A stretch of 64,000 nucleotides of DNA from Promethearchaeota archaeon (GTDB taxonomy: Archaea; Asgardarchaeota; Lokiarchaeia; Sigyniarchaeales; SOKP01): NCBI GenBank assembly GCA_030599585.1, contig JAUVNS010000016.1, positions 28,607 to 92,606 on the forward strand, written 5' to 3'. Shown in pieces: positions 1 to 9,921 of this stretch (its first letter is position 1; each line of letters begins with the position of its first letter). Both the position numbers and the translations under genes were made by a program. Under the pieces are notes generated by a model. It was not told where the DNA came from, made no database searches, and was given only the letters and a program-made list of their open reading frames with translations.

Positions 1-1237
1 CGGGATTGCAATACGGTGGCGGGTTGCAAAAATACACGTTTGCCATTTTAATTCCGCCGGTAGTTTTTCCTTCCACTTGGTAAAAAATAGTTTCAGGAGT
101 TTTTCTCGATTTAAAGAATTCTATTTCTGCAAACGGATCGATAAGCCCAATATCTTTAAATTTAAACAAAGAACCCTTCATTACTTGAAATAACAATTCC
201 TGCCACCAAAAAAGTAAAATCGTAACGATTATACCAAGGCTTATTAAAAAACGGTATCCCATAGGTAAGGCAAAAAACAATAGAGACACGTCTAACGCTA
301 TCGTTATGCCAATTACATACGCCACCTTTAAGATGGAAGCCGTTAGTTTTGAATTTGTAGGTTTACACGTAATTTTTTTAGGATCGGACTCTAATGGAAC
401 GTCTCGCTTCAATACGGTGCTCCTAAACGACTCAATTAACGCTTGTTCGGTTAGAAGCGACACTTTAAAGTGGTGGAAATTGGACGAAATCCCCGTTTTT
501 AACGCAGTTACGCTTTTCCGGAGCTGACCTACCAACTCGGTCACCTTAGACTTCGTGATTTTTCCGGTCATTTTATAATAAGTAGAAAACAAAATAACCG
601 TCTCGAAGGTAGTATTTTTTCCGTTTCCTTTACTATCGATTATTTGAAGTGGTTTGTGAACGATCTGGAAAGTATAAGGGGTTCGATTGTTGTACATTCC
701 TTTGATAAATGTATGTAAGGACGGATTCACGTTTTCGGCCATGACTTCGACTTTTAAAGTACTTACGCCGGTAGTTACCAAATCTACTCTATTTGTATAG
801 TACAGCACGGATTTATAATACTCAGCCTTGTCGTAATCTTTCTTGTCGTATTCAGTCTGCCAGAAAATCAAGTTTTGAAAAGGGTTAAACGCTCCAAATT
901 CCAATAGGTGACGCAAACCAAAAAAACTTTTTCTAAACACCAGCACGAAACTTATCCCGACTACAACGGTTGCGCCAATCGAGAGCACAAAATCCATCGT
1001 GGTTAAAACTAACGAGGCAAAAAAAAGAAATTCGATTATTACAAACGAGATCGCTTTTTTGAGCGTGTCGGTTTTATCGATGTCTTTATAAGAAGGGAAA
1101 GCGTTCCAGACGCTATAGTAGGGGTCGTCGTCGCCTTCTCTGTCGTCACCTTTACTGTTTTCGTTACTTTCTTTTCCTTTTCCTTTTCCATTCCAATTAT
1201 TATCTTCGTCTAAAAATTCTCCATACGATTTTACCAT
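1..1237 (-). CDS. Partial membrane protein (runs off left edge) with two repeated TM-TM + alpha/beta modules
   Basis: Hand translation from ATG at 1237 (MVKSYGEFLDEDNN...) is open to the window edge. Two hydrophobic hairpins are each followed by a similar segment (NPFQNLIFW..YYTNRVDLVTTG / DPFAEIEFF..FYQVEGKTTGG). Missing from the ORF track because it has no stop in the window; starts 6 nt after the upstream gene's stop. Confidence 0.85.
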   Translation of the reverse strand, partial: MVKSYGEFLDEDNNWNGKGKGKESNENSKGDDREGDDDPYYSVWNAFPSYKDIDKTDTLKKAISFVIIEFLFFASLVLTTMDFVLSIGATVVVGISFVLVFRKSFFGLRHLLEFGAFNPFQNLIFWQTEYDKKDYDKAEYYKSVLYYTNRVDLVTTGVSTLKVEVMAENVNPSLHTFIKGMYNNRTPYTFQIVHKPLQIIDSKGNGKNTTFETVILFSTYYKMTGKITKSKVTELVGQLRKSVTALKTGISSNFHHFKVSLLTEQALIESFRSTVLKRDVPLESDPKKITCKPTNSKLTASILKVAYVIGITIALDVSLLFFALPMGYRFLISLGIIVTILLFWWQELLFQVMKGSLFKFKDIGLIDPFAEIEFFKSRKTPETIFYQVEGKTTGGIKMANVYFCNPPPYCNP

Positions 1238-1243
1238 TTTTTT

Positions 1244-2098
1244 TCACCTTTTTCCGTAATACAGTTTGTTAATAAATACTAAAATTACCATCACTCCTAC
1301 GCAAATAAGAGTCGAATTACTTACGGTCATGGATAACACGCCGTACATGAACGACTCCACCAAAAGAATTGCCCCAATCATGCCAAATAAAATAATTAAA
1401 CCAAAAACCACGAGTTGTCCGGCGTTTTCTTTTGTATTTCGATACGAAATGTTGTCTTTTAACGAGCCTGAAACTACGATCTTTCTCCTCGATTTCTGCT
1501 CTAACTTTGTTTTGATTGTTTTTAGTTGTAAAATCTTTTCAAACGCGTTTTTATCGAATTGTTGTTCGAGCTGAATCTGGAGGGCTTTCTCCTCGTCTTT
1601 AAACCGTTGCATTAATATCGGGCTAAAAGTGTTGTCGCTTCTTCCTTTTTTAGACCGACCACCAGAAAGAAACGAAAACATAGATATATTGCGGTTTGAA
1701 TGTAGAGCGTCTGCGTTAATCTTCTCGTGTAAATTGGGAATTTCTAATTTTCGGAGCTCGTAATACGTCTCAAGTACGCTTTTTACTTGCGTCAGGTTAA
1801 TATCTCCCTCCCGTCTTAAAAACAAAAGTTCGATCTGAGAAATTGTTTCTATCCATTCTTTCTTGAACACGACAATATCGAAGTTGAGCGAAAATATGTT
1901 GTTTACGAGTTTCATGTATTCAAAAATGTTCTCCCCCGCTTCTTTGCTCCTCGACCGAAACCCTAATTTAATTCCGATCTCGTCTACGGCGTTGCTTACG
2001 AACACGAAACTGACCACTGATAACCTTTTGTAGTTACCTGACTCCTTACAGAGCTGGGCCAACCGTCTTAACTTTAGATCTAACACTTGTTCGCTCAT
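1244..2098 (-). CDS. Hypothetical membrane protein (helical N-terminal domain, two C-terminal TM helices)
   Basis: 284 aa ORF, overlaps the upstream gene by 4 nt (ATGA coupling), hydrophobic C-terminus. Confidence 0.75.
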   Translation of the reverse strand: MSEQVLDLKLRRLAQLCKESGNYKRLSVVSFVFVSNAVDEIGIKLGFRSRSKEAGENIFEYMKLVNNIFSLNFDIVVFKKEWIETISQIELLFLRREGDINLTQVKSVLETYYELRKLEIPNLHEKINADALHSNRNISMFSFLSGGRSKKGRSDNTFSPILMQRFKDEEKALQIQLEQQFDKNAFEKILQLKTIKTKLEQKSRRKIVVSGSLKDNISYRNTKENAGQLVVFGLIILFGMIGAILLVESFMYGVLSMTVSNSTLICVGVMVILVFINKLYYGKR

Positions 2099-2844
2099 TT
2101 TTTGCCCCTCGCTTCCAAAAAATCTTCATATATAAATTCTGCTTCGTTTTTTACCCCTTTTTTGCGCTTGACTCGGGAAGATTCGAGTTCTAATTCTTCT
2201 TGGGCTATTAATCGGTCTAAATCGAACGGTTCTTTTGCGTTCGTAATATACGCGTTAACCATTTTTTCGGGAGTTGATTGTTCCTTTTCGAAAGTATTTA
2301 CTACCGAATGGTTAAACAAGGCGTACGGAAAAGTACACCCAAAAGAAATTACTTGAAGCCAATATCCAGGACCAAGGGAATAATACAAAGTAAGTTCTAA
2401 CTCGTAATCGTAATAGACCATGAAAGGATAATACAAGTCGTTTGGCAATAGAAAAAATAACGGGAACACCGACACAAAAAATCCTATAAGCGTTACTAAC
2501 GAGAGAGTAATAAAACCGAACCTTTTAACTTTCACCAAGTTATCTCCTTTTTCTACGTCGTGAAAAAGCGCGGAGTAGCCAGAAAGGAAAATAACGATTA
2601 CAAAAATAATCGCGATCACAACCGGCATAGTAGCGTTCTGGGGCTGGAAATGATCGTTAAATAAATTCCCACCCGCAAACGGAGTGCTCCACCCTAACAA
2701 AGCGTTATACGTCCACGAAGTGACGGTCGCTCCGCTATCGAGTACTCCTTGAAAGTAATACCAATCCAAAAAAACGGAGGCGAGACTAAAGATAAGGCCA
2801 ACTAAAAAAATTATTTTATATCCTGATTTTATATTTATCGACAT
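2095..2844 (-). CDS. Multi-pass membrane protein, first gene of a membrane-protein operon
   Basis: 249 aa, about 4 TM segments, charged C-terminal tail. Confidence 0.75.
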   Translation of the reverse strand: MSINIKSGYKIIFLVGLIFSLASVFLDWYYFQGVLDSGATVTSWTYNALLGWSTPFAGGNLFNDHFQPQNATMPVVIAIIFVIVIFLSGYSALFHDVEKGDNLVKVKRFGFITLSLVTLIGFFVSVFPLFFLLPNDLYYPFMVYYDYELELTLYYSLGPGYWLQVISFGCTFPYALFNHSVVNTFEKEQSTPEKMVNAYITNAKEPFDLDRLIAQEELELESSRVKRKKGVKNEAEFIYEDFLEARGKK

Positions 2845-2894
2845 ATTGCGTTACGCTCTATTTATTTTCACTTGGAGGGTATAATAGAGGGGAA

Positions 2895-2910
2895 TTTATA
2901 AAGAAAAAAA
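2895..2910 (-). promoter_or_regulatory. Non-canonical promoter TTTTC-TTTATAAA
   Basis: Reverse-strand TATA box preceded by TTTTTTC, about 50 nt upstream of ATG 2844; same motif recurs before many genes. Confidence 0.6.
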
Positions 2911-2922
2911 GAAGAAAAAAAA

Positions 2923-3011
2923 TTACTTTACACCACAAAGCTTACTTTACACCACCAGGTTGCGCGTAACTCGCTGAACTTACTTTACACCACCAGGTTG
3001 CGCGTAACTCG
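2923..3011. repeat. Direct repeat: 2 x 33 nt (CTTACTTTACACCACCAGGTTGCGCGTAACTCG) plus a 14-nt partial copy
   Basis: Copies at 2941-2973 and 2979-3011; partial TTACTTTACACCAC at 2923-2936. Confidence 0.9.
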
Positions 3012-3105
3012 TTTCTCTCCGTAGCACAACGATTTTGGATATGAATCCTTCGGTTTAATCTTTGTGCGACTGCGTTTCACTAAAGTGTCGCAACCAGATA
3101 TTAAC

Positions 3106-3324
3106 TTATTTTGATAAGTCGCATTCAATAGAATAACAATTCTCTCCAAATTTGTCTTCCTTAGTAAAATAAGCTAATTCGTTATTATTGCGCTCTTTAA
3201 TTACTCTTAGGTAGAACCTATCGTTTTCAATCCAAATTTTATCAGCGTAAATTCCATCAATATCAGGCTCTTCACCTCCTTCCGGATTGAACACGTTTAG
3301 CAAAAAAATATTATTATACACCAT
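3106..3324 (-). CDS. Small hypothetical protein
   Basis: 72 aa ORF with ATG and a purine-rich upstream region. Confidence 0.5.
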   Translation of the reverse strand: MVYNNIFLLNVFNPEGGEEPDIDGIYADKIWIENDRFYLRVIKERNNNELAYFTKEDKFGENCYSIECDLSK

Positions 3325-3462
3325 ATCTCTTTTTTCCTCTTGTTGTTTTATCTGAGGTTTAAAAATTTGTTAATTTTTTTAATAGTAGAACTCTTTTGAT
3401 CATTTAAATTTTTAAGAATTAATTAGAAACACATTGCGCTAAAAGAAAAAGAAAAAGTAATT

Positions 3463-5250
3463 TTACGGATCGTCTAAAAACGACGAGTATTTACCGTTAT
3501 ATTTTGTTGTTGATACGTTAACAGACTTAGCTTTGACTTGCTCGGGTTCAAACATGTTTTTAAATTCAGGTTCGCTTCGTTTCGTGTCAATGCTATTTTT
3601 TAAAGATTTGACTTCGACTTGTTCAATTACCCCAAACGAGGCTTCCTTTCCTAAACACTCGTATCCAAACTGAGCCATCAACTCGTCCGTCAGCTCTTCC
3701 TTAAAATCGAGTAAATCGGTTTCGTTAAATTCCAAAGTTTGTTGGTAGTATGGCGTTTTTACTTGAACCACGAACTCCTTTTTAGTTTTATAGGCTCTGA
3801 AGTATAAGAACGCGAGCAAGGAAAGGTAAATCCCTAGGACAGCGAACCCAACGGTGTTAAGTAACCTCAATAAAAAATACATTTCGGCAAAATAAATTAC
3901 TAAAAGCGCTACTGCGTACCCGAAGATAGGAATTGAAGCGTATCTTACGCGAGAGTTAAGCTCGACTTGTGATTTTTGATAATCTTTAATAGAACTCTTT
4001 TTTTTCGTTCTCTTCTCGATCATTTTGTATTTCTTCTCTAAAAATTTAACCAGAGGAGGAACATCGGTGCGAACAACTGCGTGAAGGTTCGAAGTTCTTT
4101 GGTACGGAAAGACCAGCGATTTTTCCATGCTTTTAGGAGGGGCGTTGCACACTAAGATAGGTTCGATAACGACTTTATATTGCGTGGTTCCAGAGAGAAA
4201 CACCAAATTTTTATTTCCGAAGCTTTTTTCCGATCGTAATTCTAGTTGTAAATATTTTTGGAAGAACTGAAGAATAGTAGTATCGTTTGCCACGTCTTCT
4301 TGGATATTATTTCGGACTTGGAATAAATTCTGGGTAATTTGTTTTACGTCGTTAAAAGCTCGCGAATCTTTGTTGTTCCGATAATCTTTCAATTCTATCT
4401 TGGTTTCGTCAACTAATACCGTTCCGCTTCCTTCAAACCGTTTCACAGGAAACAGAAACAAAATTTTAAGGTTATTCGAAACCCCCACTAGTTTACACCC
4501 GAGATAGTCGAGGTTCTTCGTAAACTCACTTAACGATTCTAACGAGTCAGGGATTTCGTAACACCCTAAATCTTTGAACGTTTCTCTAATTTCGAAAGCT
4601 CTACTTCTAGAAAGTCCTGCGTCTACGGTAATTGGTTTTGTGGCAGTAACTTCGATTTCTTCTTCTACTCCTTTTTGTTGTTCTGGCTGATCTTGTTCCG
4701 TTAACATCGCGCGACTAGTATGTTTTATTTCTTGCGAAGCTTCTTCTTCGTATTCAACTACTTCCTCCTCTTCTTCCTCGTATTCAATTACTTGCTCAAC
4801 CTCTAGTTGACCACCGTAATCAACGATTTCAGGGAATTGAATTGCTTTTGGTTTGCTTGCGCTAAAGTCTTCTTCCGCCTGAACTTCTTCGTAAGAATTT
4901 TGTGTCTCTTCTACGATTAGTTCTTCCACTTCGTATTTTTCAACTTGGGTTGGTAATAATTCGATTTCTACTGCTTCTTGAATTTGAGGCGTATTGTTTG
5001 CAATACTTTCTTCTTGAGAACTATCCAAATAATTTTTAGCCGCAGTAATGAATTTTGTGGCGGTGGTTAAACCAATTCCGGGAGTTTCAGAAAGTCGTTC
5101 AGGAGTCATCTCGGCAATTTGTCTTACCGTTACAATTTTTGCGTTATATAATTTCTCGGCGGTAGTCGTACCAATACCCTTGATCTTGGTTAGATCGTCT
5201 CTAGAAAGCTTAACAACTACGTTTTTTTGGGTTCCGTATACATCTGTCAT
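3463..5250 (-). CDS. Helix-hairpin-helix DNA-binding protein with acidic linker and two TM helices
   Basis: N-terminal DLTKIKGIGTTTAEKL...TPGIGLTTATKF (HhH2, Rad51-N-like); E-rich linker; hydrophobic hairpin YASIPIFGYAVALLVIYFA / VGFAVLGIYLSLLAFLYF. Confidence 0.8.
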   Translation of the reverse strand: MTDVYGTQKNVVVKLSRDDLTKIKGIGTTTAEKLYNAKIVTVRQIAEMTPERLSETPGIGLTTATKFITAAKNYLDSSQEESIANNTPQIQEAVEIELLPTQVEKYEVEELIVEETQNSYEEVQAEEDFSASKPKAIQFPEIVDYGGQLEVEQVIEYEEEEEEVVEYEEEASQEIKHTSRAMLTEQDQPEQQKGVEEEIEVTATKPITVDAGLSRSRAFEIRETFKDLGCYEIPDSLESLSEFTKNLDYLGCKLVGVSNNLKILFLFPVKRFEGSGTVLVDETKIELKDYRNNKDSRAFNDVKQITQNLFQVRNNIQEDVANDTTILQFFQKYLQLELRSEKSFGNKNLVFLSGTTQYKVVIEPILVCNAPPKSMEKSLVFPYQRTSNLHAVVRTDVPPLVKFLEKKYKMIEKRTKKKSSIKDYQKSQVELNSRVRYASIPIFGYAVALLVIYFAEMYFLLRLLNTVGFAVLGIYLSLLAFLYFRAYKTKKEFVVQVKTPYYQQTLEFNETDLLDFKEELTDELMAQFGYECLGKEASFGVIEQVEVKSLKNSIDTKRSEPEFKNMFEPEQVKAKSVNVSTTKYNGKYSSFLDDP

Positions 5251-5278
5251 AGGGATCGATACGGGTAGAATATAGCTT

Positions 5279-5292
5279 TATTTAAAGGAAAA
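5279..5292 (-). promoter_or_regulatory. Non-canonical promoter TTTTCC-TTTAAATA
   Basis: 28 nt upstream of ATG 5250, a leaderless-type spacing. Confidence 0.7.
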
Positions 5293-5612
5293 GTTATTTT
5301 AAATTTTTTAATATCTCTTTTTTATTTATATAGATACGAAAAATAGTTTTAATATGGTTTTTACCAACTCGCCACCAAGAAATTCTATTCAATTTTTCAT
5401 CTTCATTGGACCCCGGAAAATTTTTTTAAATTTTTTTTTTTGCCATAATTAATCACTTTCTTTTTCTTTGCATTGTTTGGTAGGTAAGCCGGTAAAAACC
5501 TCTTTCTTTTTCTTTATTACCTCTTCCAAACATTGGAGAAAGTAAATTACTTTTTAATTTTGATATTTATTACAAAGGAAATTTTAAAAAAAGAATAAGA
5601 TTTAGAATTTAA

Positions 5613-6161
5613 TTATTCCGTCATTACTTCCGTCATTATAGTAATATTCACTATATACGGGTTTGATAGTACACGATATTCAAGATACCAAATGTCGTGA
5701 TAAGGGATATTCCAAACCCTTCTAAGATACATATTATTGAAAGACAAAACATCATAAGTAAAATCAGAATCTTTAGCTTCTAACCAAAAATCATACATCG
5801 AATCTTGAATTAAATATAGCTCAATATCAACATTATCCGTTTTGTTAACTGTAAATATGACGATGTTATTACTGTATAATTCTAACGTATTATTAGCAAA
5901 AAAACCACTTGCTGTCGTTATATTATAATAATTCTCGATTTCCAATGGATATATTATTGTTTCAGTTTCATTATCTCCGCCAATAATAGTTGTAGAATTA
6001 TCTATATTGACTATCGTGGTGTTATTCGTGGTATAATAGTTATTAGTGTAATAGTTGTTTATTGTAGCGTCTTTATTGAACCCCATAATTCCAATTGGAA
6101 GCGAAACACTTGCGATTGCGATTGCTAATATCAAGCCTACGCTTTTTATATTTTCTCTCAT
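5613..6161 (-). CDS. Secreted/surface protein, N/T-rich
   Basis: N-terminal signal/TM segment, NNYYTNNYYT low-complexity tract, several N-x-T sequons. Confidence 0.7.
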   Translation of the reverse strand: MRENIKSVGLILAIAIASVSLPIGIMGFNKDATINNYYTNNYYTTNNTTIVNIDNSTTIIGGDNETETIIYPLEIENYYNITTASGFFANNTLELYSNNIVIFTVNKTDNVDIELYLIQDSMYDFWLEAKDSDFTYDVLSFNNMYLRRVWNIPYHDIWYLEYRVLSNPYIVNITIMTEVMTE

Positions 6162-6239
6162 TTGTTATCATCTTTTCTTTTAGATGTTTGTCTGCTCGAC
6201 CATATCGGGAAATCCGATTATTAATAAATAAAAATTGAT

Positions 6240-6845
6240 TTAATTCTTAATCTTTTCTGCATACACTATAATCACGCCAATACATATAAACCCTAAGAGA
6301 AAAGGTATGATGTTTATTCCTATTTTTATTACATCATCTGGCTGGTTTTCTACAATATCTCTTTCAATCCAAAATTTCCAAGTAAGATGATAAAGATAAC
6401 CCTTAGGGTTAAGAAAACCACGTCTTTTTACAAGAACAAATGTGTTGTTGCGATTATCAGGGGAAAAATTACCTACATCATGATATTTTCTCTGGTCGCA
6501 TACATCATTATCATCTGGATGTATATAAAAAGCATCTCCTCCCGATCCACCTTCGGGTATCGGTCTAAAATAAAATATGATAGTTAAGCTATCACAATTT
6601 CCCGAATATATACTATGCCAATATAGTCTATCCCTACCACTTTTAAGTAGAATTGGAATTGAAATGTTGAATAGTATTTCCCACTCTTCTATAGTACCAT
6701 TGAAATCTCGCCAATTATCTTTGTCATATGTTATATTACCTTCAAGTGAGTACACTTCTTCAGTTTCCGCATTTACATTCTTAGGTATTCCACAGAACAC
6801 CATCAATAGTAATATCCCTATTAATAAAATGTGTTTTTTTCTCAT
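6240..6845 (-). CDS. Secreted protein with C-terminal membrane anchor
   Basis: Signal peptide MRKKHILLIGILLLMVFC..VNA; C-terminal TM followed by KIKN. Confidence 0.7.
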   Translation of the reverse strand: MRKKHILLIGILLLMVFCGIPKNVNAETEEVYSLEGNITYDKDNWRDFNGTIEEWEILFNISIPILLKSGRDRLYWHSIYSGNCDSLTIIFYFRPIPEGGSGGDAFYIHPDDNDVCDQRKYHDVGNFSPDNRNNTFVLVKRRGFLNPKGYLYHLTWKFWIERDIVENQPDDVIKIGINIIPFLLGFICIGVIIVYAEKIKN

Positions 6846-6975
6846 TTGTTAATTGAATAATTGAGTTTTATGTTTATAAATACATGTTTGCTACGGTTTT
6901 TCCTTTATATTTGCTCAAACCTAATTGATGTAATGCAAAATAACAATTTAACAAGTAATAGATAAATCGCGAATC

Positions 6976-9516
6976 ATGTCTCTTACAAACTATACCGACT
7001 CAAAGAGTTCGTCAGACGAGGATGGAACGGAGGAAGAAATATTTGAATACGTTCAAGACGAGCGTATCCTTCGAGTATTATTCGAACAAAAGATATTTAA
7101 GCTCCGGCAGATTCAAAAAGAAGCCATCCAAAAAGGTCTTTTCTTTCGAAAGTCTTTCCTCGTAAGCGCACCTTCGGGAAGCGGTAAAACGCTGATAGGA
7201 GAAATTAGCGCCGTAAACAACGTGTTCCAAAAGTTCGGTAAATCGATTTATTTAGTTCCCTATAAAGCTCTCGCAACCGAAAAATACGTCCATTTTAAGA
7301 AAGCGTACGAACGATTCGGCGTTAAAACCGAGCTATCGATAGGCGATTACGATGTGGACGATTCTCGGTTGGCTAAAGCAGATATTATAGTAACTACCTA
7401 CGAAAAAATGGATTCGATTTTGCGAAACTTCAGCGAAAAAGAATGGATTATCGACATCTCGACTATTATAATCGACGAAATTCACATTTTGGGAGAATCG
7501 AGCGGTTCTCGTGGTCCACGGTTAGAGTCGTTAATCGTGAGACTGAACGAGTTCTTACACCAACCGCAGCTTATAGGACTTTCGGCAACCATAAAAAATC
7601 CCCAATTTTTTAACGAGTGGCTCTCTTCACTTGGTAATAGTTCTACACTTATAATGTCCGACGCCCGTCCCGTTCCTTTACATTATAGCGTAGATATAAC
7701 CCAGAACAAAGACTCCACGATAAAAAAAATAATCAAAACAACTTTAGCAGATAGGGGACAAATCCTAGTTTTTTTAAACAGGAGAAAATCTACTCAACAA
7801 ACCGCTCGAAACCTAAAAAATTTGGTGAAGACCCAATTATCCGAAACCGAGTTAAAAGCGTGTAAGAAGATAGAAGAAAAGCTCAATAGAATTAAAGGAA
7901 GACACGCAGAACTTAAAAAGGCGGTTAAGTGTGGGATAGCGTTCCATCACGCCGGATTGCTTCCAAAGGAACGAAAACTAGTAGAAGACGGGTATCGAAA
8001 ACACGTGATTAAAGTGATATGTTGTACAACTACTTTAAGTGCCGGTATTAACGTGCCTGCTCGAGTAGTGGTAGTCAAAGATTTCAAGCGATACGTGACC
8101 TCAGGGCACAACATTAAAAACTTTTCTGGATACTACGAACAGGGGGACGGCTTCTCCTACTTCATGCCCTTCTCGGCTAATTCCGTGTTTCAAATGCTCG
8201 GTAGAGCGGGAAGACCGGGGCTTGACTTAGAAGGGTTTGGTTATTTACTCGCAAAGAACGTAGACGAAAGGGATTGGATCGAGGATCATTACTTCCAAAA
8301 CGCCCATACTACGGATACCTACGTTCCTAAATACAACGATTTAATTTCGGGGCTCAATAAACTTAACACCTTGAAAGAACAAGTACTATTACGAATTTAC
8401 GAGGAGAAAAATATGACCTTGGACAAGTTAAAAGATTTTTTCCAGAAGACGTTTTTTTGGTTCAGCATAAAAGATAAGATGTCAAAAGAACAAATACCGA
8501 TAGATCAACTCTTAATGATTAAAGAAATAACTCCTGCAAACATACTCAAACTCCACTCACATCCAGAAAAAGTTAAGAAATTAGGTATTAGGCGTTACCA
8601 AATTAAAATTACCAAGCTCACGAAATCTAACGTGTCGGGATACATAAAAACCGATTTTGGAGTCTTTTTTACCGAGTTCGACGTTGATGTGGGAATACGA
8701 TGTTCGTGCGGGTTCGAAAACGGACTGTCAAACAATTACTCTAACGAGCAGTTTTCGTTCGAGTTCTGCGACCACATCACTGCATTTTTGCTCCACTTGA
8801 TCGAAATCCCAGATAAAAACTTTCAAAAATATGTAGAAGATATCGTTCCTAAGTCGGTTAAGAACCAATACGTGCTCAACTATCTTTTTGAAAAAGGGTT
8901 AATCGTAAAGAGGGATAACGGCACCATAAAATGCTCGCAATTCGGAAAACTCATTATAAGGCTTTACCTTTATCCCGTTTCAGGAGTTTTAATACGATAC
9001 AAGCTCGAAAACGCCGCGATTGAAACATACCAAGACGTAATTAAGGAAGCGTACGAAGTGCTTAAATCGGAAATGAGGGTTCGAGACTACAAGTTGCTCC
9101 AACCCATCTTGGAGTGGTGCGACGAAGAACCAATCGACGACATTTTAGAGAGACATAAGATAATGGCGGGCGACCTTTACACTATTAAGGACAACTTAGA
9201 GCGCATCATAACGTTTATTGGAATTATTGCGGTTCACCTAAGCGAGTCAGATCGAGACATCGCTGAGGCTATGGTTAAAGTAGCGGAGATGTCCGAGACG
9301 CTCAAAATTAGGGTGCATTACGGGATTAGCGAAGAGTTATTCGATTTGGTTTTACGACTGGACAACGTGGCAAGAGTAAGAGCGAGAATATTATATAACG
9401 CCGGTTATCACACCGCCACGAAGGTTAAAAGAGAAAATCCTTACGTATTGAATCGAAAAACGGGATTAGGGATTAATTTATGTAAGAAGATTGTAGGAAA
9501 AAAAACACTTTCTTGA
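6976..9516 (+). CDS. Ski2-like SF2 helicase (Hel308/Hjm family paralogue) with SWIM zinc-finger insertion
   Basis: APSGSGKT, DEIH, SAT, HHAGL, QMLGRAGRPG, C-terminal HhH; CSC...CDH SWIM signature. Confidence 0.9.
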   Translation: MSLTNYTDSKSSSDEDGTEEEIFEYVQDERILRVLFEQKIFKLRQIQKEAIQKGLFFRKSFLVSAPSGSGKTLIGEISAVNNVFQKFGKSIYLVPYKALATEKYVHFKKAYERFGVKTELSIGDYDVDDSRLAKADIIVTTYEKMDSILRNFSEKEWIIDISTIIIDEIHILGESSGSRGPRLESLIVRLNEFLHQPQLIGLSATIKNPQFFNEWLSSLGNSSTLIMSDARPVPLHYSVDITQNKDSTIKKIIKTTLADRGQILVFLNRRKSTQQTARNLKNLVKTQLSETELKACKKIEEKLNRIKGRHAELKKAVKCGIAFHHAGLLPKERKLVEDGYRKHVIKVICCTTTLSAGINVPARVVVVKDFKRYVTSGHNIKNFSGYYEQGDGFSYFMPFSANSVFQMLGRAGRPGLDLEGFGYLLAKNVDERDWIEDHYFQNAHTTDTYVPKYNDLISGLNKLNTLKEQVLLRIYEEKNMTLDKLKDFFQKTFFWFSIKDKMSKEQIPIDQLLMIKEITPANILKLHSHPEKVKKLGIRRYQIKITKLTKSNVSGYIKTDFGVFFTEFDVDVGIRCSCGFENGLSNNYSNEQFSFEFCDHITAFLLHLIEIPDKNFQKYVEDIVPKSVKNQYVLNYLFEKGLIVKRDNGTIKCSQFGKLIIRLYLYPVSGVLIRYKLENAAIETYQDVIKEAYEVLKSEMRVRDYKLLQPILEWCDEEPIDDILERHKIMAGDLYTIKDNLERIITFIGIIAVHLSESDRDIAEAMVKVAEMSETLKIRVHYGISEELFDLVLRLDNVARVRARILYNAGYHTATKVKRENPYVLNRKTGLGINLCKKIVGKKTLS

Positions 9517-9579
9517 TTTTTTGTTTAAATGTTTTCACACAATTCTTCTGGTAAAATCGTTTGAAAACTTATCGATACT

Positions 9580-9921
9580 ATGAAAATTAACAACCTAGAA
9601 ATTACCAGAAAAATAGTTCAGATAGTTACCGTTTTAACCGTGGTGAGCTGCGTTCCATTAGCAATATTTACTCCTTGGAGTAAGGAGCGCGTCGTAGAAG
9701 ACTACGGTCTTTACGGTTCTATTACTTGGGTTATTCATTTTAACATTTATATCGCTATAGCTTTTTTTCTTCCCGTAGTCGGGTCGCTATTTACCAACGG
9801 GAGCGTAAAGCGATATTTTAAACAACGCAGAGCCGAGATTAACCCTCAATTTTGCATCGTTTGTGGTAAACCTAACAATTCTACAGGAAAATTCTGCAAT
9901 TATTGCGGAACCAACTTGTAA
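9580..9921 (+). CDS. Two-TM protein with C-terminal zinc ribbon
   Basis: Two hydrophobic helices; FCIVCGK...FCNYCGTNL. Confidence 0.75.
   Translation: MKINNLEITRKIVQIVTVLTVVSCVPLAIFTPWSKERVVEDYGLYGSITWVIHFNIYIAIAFFLPVVGSLFTNGSVKRYFKQRRAEINPQFCIVCGKPNNSTGKFCNYCGTNL

Noticed and set aside
306-2356. Plus-strand ORFs 306..527, 1266..1574, 2087..2356 and similar short antisense or nested ORFs throughout (e.g. 5048, 6387, 6577, 11917, 12601, 17787, 19849, 22499, 24721, 30934, 43514, 54203, 62144)
   Set aside because: Shadows of longer, motif-bearing genes on the other strand or frame, with no recognisable protein features
2941-2960. tRNA 3' end / att site (CACCACCA)
   Set aside because: No T-arm or cloverleaf and no integrase in the window
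2923-3011. CRISPR array
   Set aside because: Only two full copies with a 5-nt gap, no unique spacers and no cas genes
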